A stretch of 38,295 bases of DNA. It comes from a virus (taxonomy: Duplodnaviria > Caudoviricetes). The notes under the pieces are model-generated. The model searched no databases and was not told where the DNA came from. It saw only the letters and a program-made list of their open reading frames with translations. The position numbers were made by a program, and so were the translations under genes. Below are positions 1-10,366 of this stretch, piece after piece; position 1 is the first letter of the stretch, and every line of letters begins with the position of its first letter. Location: the IMG/VR virus record IMGVR_UViG_3300044513_001921, positions 1 to 38,295 of that record; one strand, 5' to 3'.

Positions 1-1
1 T

Positions 2-3000
2 GATTTTGAAAAAATTGAAGAAGGCAATTTCTATACACAAGATACTGTCGCAGTTGATATTATTGCTGTTGGAGAAGGTGCCTCTGGCACACCTTTCTTG
101 AAAGAATGGAACTATAATAGATTTAGAAAGTTAGAAGGCGATCTAGATACTGACAACGGATACATTTTCCAGAACTACAATAGCGTTCTGGAATATGGTT
201 ATGGTTACGTTGCCAACCCCAAAGCACTTAGAGTTGCTCTCAATGACAACTTAAACAACGCTGGAACTGAACCAGCAACTAAAACTCACTCACCAATCAT
301 TGGATTTGCATATGATGGCAACCCAATCTACGGTCCCTTTGGTCATCAAAATCCATTAGATCCACAATCTGCTATTGTTAGAATGACTTCTAGTTATTCT
401 ATAAAGAATACCAGAACTGGTGGTCCAGCCGTTAACAGATATCCTTTAGGGACTTTTGTTAATGACTATCAGTATGTTCATCGTAGTGGATCTTTAGATC
501 AAAATAATGGAAGATTTTGTATTACTCCAGATTTTCCAGAAGGAACCTATGCTTACTTCATCACTATTGATGCAAATCAAACACCTAAGTTCCCTTATAT
601 CATAGGAGAGAATTTCTATTCATTGCCAGTGGATAGTAATTACAATTCTCCAATTAATCAAAATGATATTCCAAAAAATGCTAAGAGACTTTATACTCCA
701 GGAATGTCCAGAAATGGTGAGGGATTAATTGCCAGTATTTCTGAAATTTCTTCTGGTACAGTAGATAGTATTAATTCTGTAAGTTCTTCTAATAATTTTT
801 CTGTAAATTCGAAAGTATACTTTGATAATAGAGGAACAGAAGGCGATAAGGTAGAAGCAAAAGTCTCATCTGTCAAAGGAAAACAAATTAATTATCTTCA
901 AAGTAAAGAAGATAAAGTTGTAAGACTTACAACAATTCAAACAGCGTTCTTGTTTGGTGATGATACGTTAAGACAACCATCCTCTGGAGCTAGGGGAACG
1001 ATTATTGGTACTGTAGCAAATGACAACGTAATTGTTCTGAAAGAGGTTGTAGGAGAATTTGATAATACTGGAACTTTCTCCGCTGATATTAAGACATTCT
1101 CTCTTCTTCTAGATCAAGATAGTTCCTATACAGAAGGAGCAAGACTGCAACTGACAAACGGCATAGACTTGCCAATTGCTGCAGCAGAAATACTAGAAAG
1201 CACAAATCGTCAAAATGTTGTTACTATTAAAGTAGTAAATCTAACAGAAGAAGACGGATATCCTGCTGGAACAGATTTGCCAAGTAATTGGATAATTGAT
1301 GATGATTACTTCCTGAGATCTTCAAATCTTTTCAATACTGTAGGATCTAGAATTGTAACCCTTACATCCTTAAGCGATAACTTAGAACCATTCGAAGTTA
1401 ATCAAAGTGTTGCTTTGGTTGAAACAGCAACTCCACATGGTCTCGGTATTGGTGATAAAGTAACGGTTGATATTAATCCAGATGATACCACCAAAACAAA
1501 GACTTATTATCTAAGAAAGCGTCTATATCAAGAAGCAACACTTATTGCGCCAACTGCTGAAACGGAAATTGATGATACTGGTGTTGGAAGATTTCAAATT
1601 TTAAATGGTGGAGCTGAGTATACTCCAGGAACTTATAGTAATGTGCCATTAACTGGAGGAAGTGGATCTGGTGCTACTGCTATTATTGTTGTGTCTGATG
1701 CAGGAGTTGTGTCATCTTTACAAATTCAAGAGAAAGGATCTGGATACAGCAAGGCAGATTACCTTGGTGTTGATGATGAGAGTTTAGTAAGATCTACTGC
1801 TTCTCTCGGAACAATGAGATTAGTAGTTTATGTTGATCATGTTGGATTTGCCTCTGGAGCGTCAATTCTAAAAGTTAAAGATGGTACAAAATATTCCGAG
1901 GGAGATTTGATTTCTATCGGCAATGAAGTTTTAGAGATTAGTTCAATCGATGGTAATGCTCTTACTGTTTTGACGGGTAAAGAAGGAACAAAACAAGTTG
2001 ATCATTATAACGGTCAGCAAGTATCTCTATACAATCCAAGATACAATTTTGATCCTAATTACCAGATTTTCTCTGGGAATAACTCAGGATATATTCAATC
2101 TTATGATAGAGAAACTCAAAAAATTGTCATTGTCTATGATTATGGAACTTTACTGGAAAGCGCAAACTCTGTGAATTTAAGTTCTGGTTTCTTTGATAGC
2201 AGCACACCTTCCAGATTAGTAAAAGTTAGATCTGCCAGTGAAGTTGATTATAAGTTTGAATTCTCAGAAGATAACGTTACTTTTACTAAAAATCCTAATA
2301 TTAATGTTCAAGAGTATTATAGGTACGTATTTGATACCTCACATTCTAGTTTGACTGGAACATATTTTGATATGTCTCCAAGTAGAAGTTTAAATTTAGA
2401 AACTCTAGAAAAAACTGCTTCCAATATTCTTCCTGGAAGTGTTGGAGCATTTACTGATGTTAAGTTTGGATTTGGTCCCAGATTAACTCAGAACACATAT
2501 CAAACAAAAACAGGAACTAATTTCACCAATTTCTACTATTATGATAGAAAGGGTGTAGTAAATTCTGATGGATCTTTCCTAAAGGTCATCACAGATCCCC
2601 TACAAGGAACAAAAACAATCAACTATGTAACATCTAATAGATTTGTATATGATATTTCCAGTGAACCACTATGGGATGGTTCTGGATCTATCCAGTATAC
2701 AACAAGTGGTCAATTTGCTATTGGAGAAATTAACGAATACTCAATTACCAACCTCGGATTGAATTATAAAAAAGTTCCTGTAATTCAAGGAGTAGATCCA
2801 AATCCAGATTTTAAAGCATATGCTACCGTTTTATTTGATACTAATTTAAATTTAATTACTGGTGTTAATATAACTGAAAGAGGTTCTAATTATGTCAATC
2901 CAAAGATTGTCATTACAGATGGCGATGGAGTAAATGCTGAGTTTGATATTATTGTAAGAAACGGAGAGATTTTCTCAATCACCGTAAAAAATCCTGGTAG

Positions 3001-6000
3001 AAGTTTTACATACAAACCAGAGATTGAGATTGTTGAAGGCGAAGTTGAAGCATACGCAGAAAGCGCCACCATTGGCATTCCAAGAAGTATCACCATCGTC
3101 AACAATGGAGGAGCATATCACTTAGACAAAACAGTATCTTCTACGTTTAGTTCAAATCTTGTTTTGAATTTGTCTTCTGTCAATGGAGATTTCCAAAACG
3201 GTGAAGTTGTTGTACAAAGAATTGGAAATCAAGAAGTTTTTAGAGCAACAGTAGTTGAATGGAGAGAAGGATCAAATCTACTTAAAATTAAGAATGCTCA
3301 GGGTAAAGTTAGAGAAAATCTAGAAATCAGATCTACTTTAACAAATCCAGCAACTGGAATTGTCAATGCTGTTTTTGTGACAACATTTACTGACAAGATC
3401 AGTAGTTTCTATGACAACATTGGTTACTTTAAATCTGATAGAGGTAGGATTGGCAATTCAAATCAGAAGATCTTAGATAGTTTCTTCTACCAAGATTATT
3501 CGTATGTTGTAAAATCTAAGACACCAATTGATCAGTGGCGAGAACTTATCAAGTCAACTACACACCCAGCAGGATTTAAACTGTTTGGTCAAGTAGACAT
3601 CGAAACTGAAGCTGCCACCACAATGCCAGAAGAGATGCCAAAAGCATCTCACTTCAGTGTTATTCAACTTTGGGATCCCGAAAAGAATAGAATTACTGTA
3701 GAGAATACTACAAGGGTTGTTACACAGTCTATTCAAAAAGTAGAAAATCAAAGAATTCGTAAAGCAGTTGGTTCTGCATCTACTACAGAATTCAATTTCA
3801 ATGAAATGCGTGCATTTGAGGTTACTCTTGCTGCGCCATTTGATGGATACTATGATACTGATGGTAGGTTACAAGGAACTACAACTTTCCAACTACTAAA
3901 TGATTTGAATGTTCCATTCACTCCATATGATGAGAAAAATCTTATCATTAGTTTAGATGGTGTTCTTCAAGATCCAGGAGTTTCTTATACAGTTTCTGGT
4001 GATAATATTATCTTTAGTCAACCTCCTCTTGGTCCATATCAAAAACAAACTGGCGAAGGACAGACAGATGTTACTTCTTACAAAGGAGTTACTTTCTATG
4101 GCAAATACGTAGCATTCAAAGACAATCAGTATAACAACAGATATTTTAAAAAGATTAGAAATATTTTCCAAAGAAATGGAAGATGGTTAGATGCTGCTAA
4201 TCAGGTAGAAAGGAATAGAGAATTTATTGTAGAAGAAACTGTTGAATATGGAAGAGAGACTTATCCATCTTTAGATTGGAGCACCAAGAGAGATGATTAT
4301 GAAGAAAACTTGAGATCTGTTCTTGAAGCATATGAGCATGATTTAAGATTTGGTGGAAATGTAAAGACCGTTGACTATACATCAATTTTCAACGAAGATG
4401 ATGATTATCTTTATATTCAAAATAATAGAACAGAAACTAGAGATATCTTTAGTTATGCCACACGCCTAGCAAAACTTGCTGTCAGAAATTGGGATTATGT
4501 AGATACATCAGTTAGCTACATTCAAGGTTCTCGACAAATGACGATTACAGACACTTCCAATATTGCTATTGGAATGTTTGTAAGTTCTGGCAGAGCATAT
4601 CCTGTTGGAACCCATGTTGTTTCCATTGATAGTGATACTCAAGTAACACTTAACAATGGTGCTTTGGCAAACTCTGGTGGCAGCGGTGGTGCTCCAGCAG
4701 GAACTACCTTGTTAAGTGGAACATCAACTGGTGGTTCTATTCCAACTGATACGGGTGCTGTCGCTCCTGGTGACACATATGAAGTTCCTCCTGGCATTAC
4801 TGTTACTGCTCCACTGTCATTCTCTGGTGCAGATCAGGCGACATTCTCTTGGAGTGGCATTAATAATGGAACGTTCTATGATGCTGCCAATTTAATCGAA
4901 GCAAATAAGGCATACATCCAAGAGGAAACAATTGGATGGGCAGAAGCAACTTATCCTGGTATTGATTGGAATTCAAAAGGTGCTAAGTGTCAGAGAGATC
5001 TAGGTTTCTTAGTAGATGCTTATGTTTACCACCTTCGCTTTGGTGGCAATCAAAAGATTGTTGAATTTGGACAATTATATTATGTAAAAGCAAAATATCC
5101 AGAATCTGAGAACTTACTATTCATCAACAACGAACTAACAGAAAGTCTCGCTGCATTTGAATATGCAAAAGACTTAATGATCCAAGCAATGAGAAATACT
5201 CTCGGTGCTGGAACCTATACTTCTATTTCTCCTGTAGTTGACAACAGTATTCTCATTGATACTCAACTTCCATATTGCATAGAAGTTGAGAGTGCCTTAG
5301 ACAATTTCAATAGCATTGTCGATACTATTCTTTCAGAAGGAAAGGGTCTTGTAGAAGTATCTACTCAAAATCCAAATAAAGAAGGTAACTGGTCGAAAAA
5401 ACTTACATATTCAAATTACAACATCATTAATGATCCTCTACTACTCAGTCAAGAGTGCAACGATGTAATTTCGTCTCTAGATTCTTTATATGATAATGTT
5501 GACACTATCTTGCAGCAGCAATCCGTAGGAAAAACGTTGCCAGACTATGTTGATGGAGAAACAAAAGAGTTCGAATTGTTCTGGGATGATGGATCCAATG
5601 TTATCTTAGAACAAGATGAAAATCTATTCTTGTCTTTAAATGCGGTTCTTCAAAGATCAAAGTATTCGGAAGAATATCCCCCATCTGATGCATATTTTAT
5701 TGATAAGTCTGTAATTCCAAACCGAATTAAATTTGATGTTGCTCCAATTTGGGATCAAGATTTTAGTGCCAAGAGTATTGGAGAACCAACGGCAGTAGAA
5801 AAAGTTGTTGGTGTTGGTGTTGGTAATTATAAGAGACTTACCATTGATTATGATTTGGTTGACGAAGTAAAATCTGGTCCGTTCCTAATTCTAGATGTAG
5901 AAGATAATACTGTTCAATCTGTAGAATCTCAAGATAACCTTTATGTATTTTTGGACGGTGTTCTTCAAAGAAGAGGATATTCATATAGAATATCTGGTCC

Positions 6001-8404
6001 AAACATTTATTTCAATGTTCCTATTCTTAAGGATATGAAGATTGATATGAGATATCTCTATGGTAGAGATGTTGGACAAATCTTAAATATCTATGACTTT
6101 GCTCCAGATACTTATTACGCCGTTGCTAGATTTAGTATTGAAGGTGTACCATCAGTAGAAAGCGATTTATATTCGAAGTATTTCTGGATGGGAGATAAAG
6201 TAGGTCTTCCAATTGATTGTTGGCAGTTAAAAGCAGATGGAACTTATAATGTCATTGGTAATGTAAGTAACTTGTTTGTTGCATCAGATGGTACTATGAA
6301 TTGGGATGTAAGATCTCACAATGGTGCTATTATAGATGGATTGCCCATCATCTTTGGTGTTAAAGGATACTATGCTTTAACTTATACAATTTCAAATTAC
6401 ACCAACACTGCATTAGTGTATAACACTGATGATGTTGGAAGAAAACTCCTTCAAGATACCAATGGTATTTGGGCAGGAACTGTAATTGGTAAGTCTTATA
6501 GAAATCCCTTCTTGTACCTTTCTAATGGAGATAAAATCCGTGTAGAAGGAGAAGATAAGTTTAGAGAAATTAAGAGACTTCCCGAAGTAGTTACGAGTAA
6601 AGATGGCAGAGACGGCGAGATGCTTACCGATGATATCTTCGGTGCAGTATCAGTAGAATCTTATACTGGTGTTACTCGTGGAGAGGGACTATCTGTAATT
6701 GCAAATATTGAAAATGGTTCTGTTGTTTCATTGACATGGAACCAACGTAGTTATGAACCAATAACCCAACCAACGGCATATCAATACTTCACTCCCCCAG
6801 TATTGAAATTTATTCCTGAAAATGGTGAGGGTGGTGGCGCAAAAGCTGCTGTTATTGTTGATGGTTTAAGAGGTCAAGTAATTAGCGTTGATCTTATTGA
6901 TGGTGGATCTGGTTATACAGAAGCACCTCGCGTAGTTGTTTCAAGAAGATTTGAAATTCTTACAGAAAGAGATATTGGCGTTTCTCTGATTAATCTCAGA
7001 ATGAGCCCGATTGTTTCTGGATTTGGTATGACTGCCGTATCTACTATTGATACTATTAGTGATGCTGGTCTTCAAGCAATCGATAGCATTTCTAGTGTTA
7101 CATTTGGAGAACCAAATGAGGCATCTATTGATATTCAGAGACAACTAACTCCAGATGAAATCGAAGTATTCTCTATTGGAGGAACTCTCGATCCTAAGAG
7201 AGATTATGTAGAGGTCTTTAGTGAAACAGGAACTTCTGCTGATGAAGTACAAGTCATTGATACATTCTACGAAGCTACTGTTGTTACAGCAGAAGTTCAA
7301 GATATTGTATCTGTCAACTCTGTTTCTACAGTAAGTAGATTAATTACAACTACCCTAGAGAACTTAATTCCTAACGATGCGTTGTCTAATGTCAACTTCT
7401 ATGAGGTTGGCGCATATCTACAGGTCGATCTTGATCCTACAGATACTGTCGTATACATTGCAGATACTACCAAGTTCGATAACTTCGGACTTCTCTTAAT
7501 TGGTAATGAGACCGTCAGGTATCCTAAGAAGATCTCTGATCGTTTCTTGAGAGTAGAGAGAGGCGAGAAAGGAACAACTCCGCAATTCTGGGCAGCAGGA
7601 ACATTCCTAAGACAAATCCCAGATGTTGTATCTGTAGCATTTGGTGGAGTTGTAGAGGTTCAGAGCGAAAGCGATGTCTCTATGGTCAGTGCATCGTCTA
7701 CTGCGGGTGGTGTTGAGAGAACTACACAAAGACAAATTTCTTCACCAGCAGATTTCTCGATAACAAGAGAAGCATTGGAAGTATTGATTATTCCACCACC
7801 TGGAGGAGTAATTGACAGATATGAAGAGACTGTCTTCATCTCGGATCCATTGGAGCAAAGAAATGGCAATTTCGTAGATCTTGTTACAGCATCTGATGGA
7901 AAATATTATGTAACCAGGAGAGATACTACCGAACAAGTAATTACAAATAGCTTGTATACAGGAACATCTGAATATATTGGCAATTACACAAAGACTAATG
8001 CTGGACACAGAATTGGTCACTTCGATGGTATCTTTGATGATGGATTTGCTGATGTGTCTGGATTATCAATCTTAGAATTCGACACTTATTTCCCAGCTGT
8101 AACAATTAGAGATTTTTCTGAAAGATCTAATTCTAGTTATACAATTAGTGGCGAATACTTTAACTTAATGCCTCCTTCTATTCAAAGTCCAGTCACCATA
8201 ACTTCATCATCGGGAACTATTGCTGGAACTATTATTGTTGTAGACACAACACATTTCCCAGATGAAGGATACTTGTTTACAAGTGGTGGAGTTGTAATTG
8301 AGTACACTGGTAAGACATCTACTTCATTCACTGGATGTTCTGCTCTAAGGGGAGGAACAACCATTGCAAATGGTCAAGAGATAATTCCATTCTCGATTAC
8401 CTAA
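2..8404 (+). CDS. gp7: Giant baseplate wedge initiator (T4 gp7-like, cyanophage type), 5'-partial
   Basis: The frame is open from position 2 (DFEKIEEGNFY...PFLKEW), so the TTG at 98 is not the true start. It contains the wedge motif ILDSFFYQDYSYVVKS...WRELIKSTTHPAGFKLFG (~3470-3590), a YHYH-like domain, repeated GG.GY and LDGVLQ modules, and lies directly upstream of gp8. Confidence 0.85.
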   Translation, partial: DFEKIEEGNFYTQDTVAVDIIAVGEGASGTPFLKEWNYNRFRKLEGDLDTDNGYIFQNYNSVLEYGYGYVANPKALRVALNDNLNNAGTEPATKTHSPIIGFAYDGNPIYGPFGHQNPLDPQSAIVRMTSSYSIKNTRTGGPAVNRYPLGTFVNDYQYVHRSGSLDQNNGRFCITPDFPEGTYAYFITIDANQTPKFPYIIGENFYSLPVDSNYNSPINQNDIPKNAKRLYTPGMSRNGEGLIASISEISSGTVDSINSVSSSNNFSVNSKVYFDNRGTEGDKVEAKVSSVKGKQINYLQSKEDKVVRLTTIQTAFLFGDDTLRQPSSGARGTIIGTVANDNVIVLKEVVGEFDNTGTFSADIKTFSLLLDQDSSYTEGARLQLTNGIDLPIAAAEILESTNRQNVVTIKVVNLTEEDGYPAGTDLPSNWIIDDDYFLRSSNLFNTVGSRIVTLTSLSDNLEPFEVNQSVALVETATPHGLGIGDKVTVDINPDDTTKTKTYYLRKRLYQEATLIAPTAETEIDDTGVGRFQILNGGAEYTPGTYSNVPLTGGSGSGATAIIVVSDAGVVSSLQIQEKGSGYSKADYLGVDDESLVRSTASLGTMRLVVYVDHVGFASGASILKVKDGTKYSEGDLISIGNEVLEISSIDGNALTVLTGKEGTKQVDHYNGQQVSLYNPRYNFDPNYQIFSGNNSGYIQSYDRETQKIVIVYDYGTLLESANSVNLSSGFFDSSTPSRLVKVRSASEVDYKFEFSEDNVTFTKNPNINVQEYYRYVFDTSHSSLTGTYFDMSPSRSLNLETLEKTASNILPGSVGAFTDVKFGFGPRLTQNTYQTKTGTNFTNFYYYDRKGVVNSDGSFLKVITDPLQGTKTINYVTSNRFVYDISSEPLWDGSGSIQYTTSGQFAIGEINEYSITNLGLNYKKVPVIQGVDPNPDFKAYATVLFDTNLNLITGVNITERGSNYVNPKIVITDGDGVNAEFDIIVRNGEIFSITVKNPGRSFTYKPEIEIVEGEVEAYAESATIGIPRSITIVNNGGAYHLDKTVSSTFSSNLVLNLSSVNGDFQNGEVVVQRIGNQEVFRATVVEWREGSNLLKIKNAQGKVRENLEIRSTLTNPATGIVNAVFVTTFTDKISSFYDNIGYFKSDRGRIGNSNQKILDSFFYQDYSYVVKSKTPIDQWRELIKSTTHPAGFKLFGQVDIETEAATTMPEEMPKASHFSVIQLWDPEKNRITVENTTRVVTQSIQKVENQRIRKAVGSASTTEFNFNEMRAFEVTLAAPFDGYYDTDGRLQGTTTFQLLNDLNVPFTPYDEKNLIISLDGVLQDPGVSYTVSGDNIIFSQPPLGPYQKQTGEGQTDVTSYKGVTFYGKYVAFKDNQYNNRYFKKIRNIFQRNGRWLDAANQVERNREFIVEETVEYGRETYPSLDWSTKRDDYEENLRSVLEAYEHDLRFGGNVKTVDYTSIFNEDDDYLYIQNNRTETRDIFSYATRLAKLAVRNWDYVDTSVSYIQGSRQMTITDTSNIAIGMFVSSGRAYPVGTHVVSIDSDTQVTLNNGALANSGGSGGAPAGTTLLSGTSTGGSIPTDTGAVAPGDTYEVPPGITVTAPLSFSGADQATFSWSGINNGTFYDAANLIEANKAYIQEETIGWAEATYPGIDWNSKGAKCQRDLGFLVDAYVYHLRFGGNQKIVEFGQLYYVKAKYPESENLLFINNELTESLAAFEYAKDLMIQAMRNTLGAGTYTSISPVVDNSILIDTQLPYCIEVESALDNFNSIVDTILSEGKGLVEVSTQNPNKEGNWSKKLTYSNYNIINDPLLLSQECNDVISSLDSLYDNVDTILQQQSVGKTLPDYVDGETKEFELFWDDGSNVILEQDENLFLSLNAVLQRSKYSEEYPPSDAYFIDKSVIPNRIKFDVAPIWDQDFSAKSIGEPTAVEKVVGVGVGNYKRLTIDYDLVDEVKSGPFLILDVEDNTVQSVESQDNLYVFLDGVLQRRGYSYRISGPNIYFNVPILKDMKIDMRYLYGRDVGQILNIYDFAPDTYYAVARFSIEGVPSVESDLYSKYFWMGDKVGLPIDCWQLKADGTYNVIGNVSNLFVASDGTMNWDVRSHNGAIIDGLPIIFGVKGYYALTYTISNYTNTALVYNTDDVGRKLLQDTNGIWAGTVIGKSYRNPFLYLSNGDKIRVEGEDKFREIKRLPEVVTSKDGRDGEMLTDDIFGAVSVESYTGVTRGEGLSVIANIENGSVVSLTWNQRSYEPITQPTAYQYFTPPVLKFIPENGEGGGAKAAVIVDGLRGQVISVDLIDGGSGYTEAPRVVVSRRFEILTERDIGVSLINLRMSPIVSGFGMTAVSTIDTISDAGLQAIDSISSVTFGEPNEASIDIQRQLTPDEIEVFSIGGTLDPKRDYVEVFSETGTSADEVQVIDTFYEATVVTAEVQDIVSVNSVSTVSRLITTTLENLIPNDALSNVNFYEVGAYLQVDLDPTDTVVYIADTTKFDNFGLLLIGNETVRYPKKISDRFLRVERGEKGTTPQFWAAGTFLRQIPDVVSVAFGGVVEVQSESDVSMVSASSTAGGVERTTQRQISSPADFSITREALEVLIIPPPGGVIDRYEETVFISDPLEQRNGNFVDLVTASDGKYYVTRRDTTEQVITNSLYTGTSEYIGNYTKTNAGHRIGHFDGIFDDGFADVSGLSILEFDTYFPAVTIRDFSERSNSSYTISGEYFNLMPPSIQSPVTITSSSGTIAGTIIVVDTTHFPDEGYLFTSGGVVIEYTGKTSTSFTGCSALRGGTTIANGQEIIPFSIT

Positions 8405-8411
8405 ATATTGC

Positions 8412-8425
8412 TATAAATATAAATA
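8412..8425 (+). promoter_or_regulatory. Two overlapping T4 late promoters (TATAAATA at 8412-8419 and 8418-8425)
   Basis: The sequence TATAAATATAAATA gives two exact T4 gp55 late consensus matches about 40 nt upstream of the gp8 ATG. A CTAAATA variant at 8401-8407 overlaps the gp7 stop. Confidence 0.85.
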
Positions 8426-8462
8426 ACTCAGGCACAAACTACAACGTCGGAACGAAGAACCA

Positions 8463-10271
8463 ATGGCTGCTATTATTTCTGATAAGTTTCGTATTTTTAA
8501 CGCGAAGCAATTCCTAGAATCCCTAACAGAGGGAACATCTGAAACTGATCCAGATCGTTCTAGAATGTATTTCTTTGTGGGTCGTCCACAACCTTGGAGA
8601 GCATATTTAGAAATCTACTCCAAAAATACAACAGGTTTCACAGTTGGTGATGAAGTTTATGTTGGAACTTATCCTGGTACGTTCCGCGCCACTATTGCCA
8701 ATGTTTATGAAAGTGCCCTTCTTCTGACCGACGTTTTTGGCAGCAATGGTATCAACTCAACCCCAGGTCCTGGTGCTGATCTAAAGTGCCGTACTGGCGG
8801 TCAAGCAGGTTCTGACACTGGTGCTCAAGCAAAAGCAGGTGTCTATCGTTATGGTGATGAGAACATTCCCCCACTTCCTCTAGACAACCAAAGAGAGAAG
8901 ATTAATCTCTATGACGAGTTGATTGCTGCAAAACGTATTACTAGTGCATTTGCTAGAACTGTCATTCGTCGTTATAACTGGGATATTCAAGTAAACCCAG
9001 TTTACGATATGTGGAAACCAGATTATTCAGCAACCCCAGGTGGCGGTGGTCAAATTGGTAAAGAAACCGCAACTGGTGCTACTAGTATTGCTGATGCTAA
9101 GTTCTATGTAATGAACTCTCAGTATGAAGTATTCAAGTGCCTCTTCAACGGAGACCCCACATCAAACCAAAATGCAACCGAAGAACCATCAGTAGCTGGT
9201 GCTAACTATGACGCCGCTACTGGTCTTTATACAGAGACAACTGGTAACGGTTATGTTTGGAAGTATATGTACACAATTCCAACCGATGATGTTCTGAAGT
9301 TCCTTTCTTCTGACTTCATGCCAATTGTTCTTCCAAACAATGCATCACGTCAGGCAGTTGAAGCATTAGCAATTGCTGGTGCTATTGACGCCGTTGTTGT
9401 TGAAGATGCAGGAACAACCAATTCACTCCCCGCTTCATCAACACTATATGCAGCGATTGTAGGTGATGGAACTGGTGGTGTTGTTCAAATTGTAACTGGC
9501 GGTAGTGGAACTATTACTTCTGCTAGCGTTGCTGCTCGCGGATCAGGTTATACCTACGCAAACATTCTACTAGGCAGTCTTTTCACTGATCCTGCATTAT
9601 CAACCGCATATAGCGGTCCTGCTTATAACGGAAATGCTTCTGTTGAGGCAATCCTTCCTCCTCCTGGTGGTCATGGTTCTGATCATGAAACAGAACTTAA
9701 TGGTAAGCGCGTAATGACAAACATTCGCCTAACCTATGCTGAGGGTGGTGGTGACTTCCCTGTAGATAACGACTTCCGTCGTATCGGCATCATTGCAGAT
9801 CCTATTAAGAGATCTACCGATGTTGTTGCAATTGATGACACACTATCTGGTTTGAAAGCACTAAGAATTACTGGTGCTAGTGCCGACTATGCGGTTGACG
9901 AAACCATCGTTCAGACCGTTACTGGTGGTACTGCAAAGGGTACAGTAGTTTCTTGGACACTAGATGGTGGATCTACTACTGACGGTGTTTTGAAGTATAT
10001 TCAAACAAATGATGCTCACTCAGATGGTGGTGTTGTGAGAGAATTTGAAGATCCAAATACCAATTCTGCTCAAGTTATTGGCGAGCAATCAACTGCTCAA
10101 GGTTCAATTACTCTCTATACTAACAATCTACTTGGTTCAGAATTCCAAGACGGTATTGCTCAACCAGACATCAAGAATAATTCTGGTGAGGTAATCTACA
10201 TCGAAAACCGTCGTCTCATCACTCGTGCTCCTGACCAGATTGAAGACATCAAACTAGTCATCGAATTCTGA
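8463..10271 (+). CDS. gp8: Baseplate wedge subunit (T4 gp8-like)
   Basis: N-terminus MAAIISDKFRIFNAKQF, motifs FYVMNSQYEVFKCL, GYVWKYMYTIP, DFPVDNDFRRIGII and C-terminus YIENRRLITRAPDQIEDIKLVIEF are typical of cyanophage gp8. Synteny after gp7 agrees. Confidence 0.9.
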   Translation: MAAIISDKFRIFNAKQFLESLTEGTSETDPDRSRMYFFVGRPQPWRAYLEIYSKNTTGFTVGDEVYVGTYPGTFRATIANVYESALLLTDVFGSNGINSTPGPGADLKCRTGGQAGSDTGAQAKAGVYRYGDENIPPLPLDNQREKINLYDELIAAKRITSAFARTVIRRYNWDIQVNPVYDMWKPDYSATPGGGGQIGKETATGATSIADAKFYVMNSQYEVFKCLFNGDPTSNQNATEEPSVAGANYDAATGLYTETTGNGYVWKYMYTIPTDDVLKFLSSDFMPIVLPNNASRQAVEALAIAGAIDAVVVEDAGTTNSLPASSTLYAAIVGDGTGGVVQIVTGGSGTITSASVAARGSGYTYANILLGSLFTDPALSTAYSGPAYNGNASVEAILPPPGGHGSDHETELNGKRVMTNIRLTYAEGGGDFPVDNDFRRIGIIADPIKRSTDVVAIDDTLSGLKALRITGASADYAVDETIVQTVTGGTAKGTVVSWTLDGGSTTDGVLKYIQTNDAHSDGGVVREFEDPNTNSAQVIGEQSTAQGSITLYTNNLLGSEFQDGIAQPDIKNNSGEVIYIENRRLITRAPDQIEDIKLVIEF

Positions 10272-10287
10272 TTTATCAGACATTATC

Positions 10288-10318
10288 AAATCCTCCCAGC
10301 AATGGGGGGATTTTTTTT
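10288..10318 (+). terminator. Rho-independent terminator after gp8
   Basis: Stem TCCTCCCA (10291-10298) pairs with TGGGGGGA (10303-10310), with a GCAA (GNRA) tetraloop, followed by T8 (10311-10318). Confidence 0.9.
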
Positions 10319-10320
10319 AT

Positions 10321-10362
10321 CTCTACTAAATACTAGGGACTAGATACTAGTATTTGGCGGAG
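10321..10362 (+). promoter_or_regulatory. RBS-sequestering RNA hairpin
   Basis: CTCTACTAAATACTAG (10321-10336) pairs with CTAGTATTTGGCGGAG (10347-10362) at 15 of 16 positions, including two G-U pairs. The 3' arm contains the SD-like GGAG. Confidence 0.7.
10325..10332 (+). promoter_or_regulatory. Late promoter variant ACTAAATA
   Basis: CTAAATA variant of the T4-like late consensus, directly after the terminator and ~35 nt upstream of the ATG at 10367. Confidence 0.7.
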
Positions 10363-10366
10363 TACG

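Noticed and set aside
98-100. TTG start given for the 2768-aa ORF
   Set aside because: The frame is open back to position 2, so the gene begins upstream of the window.
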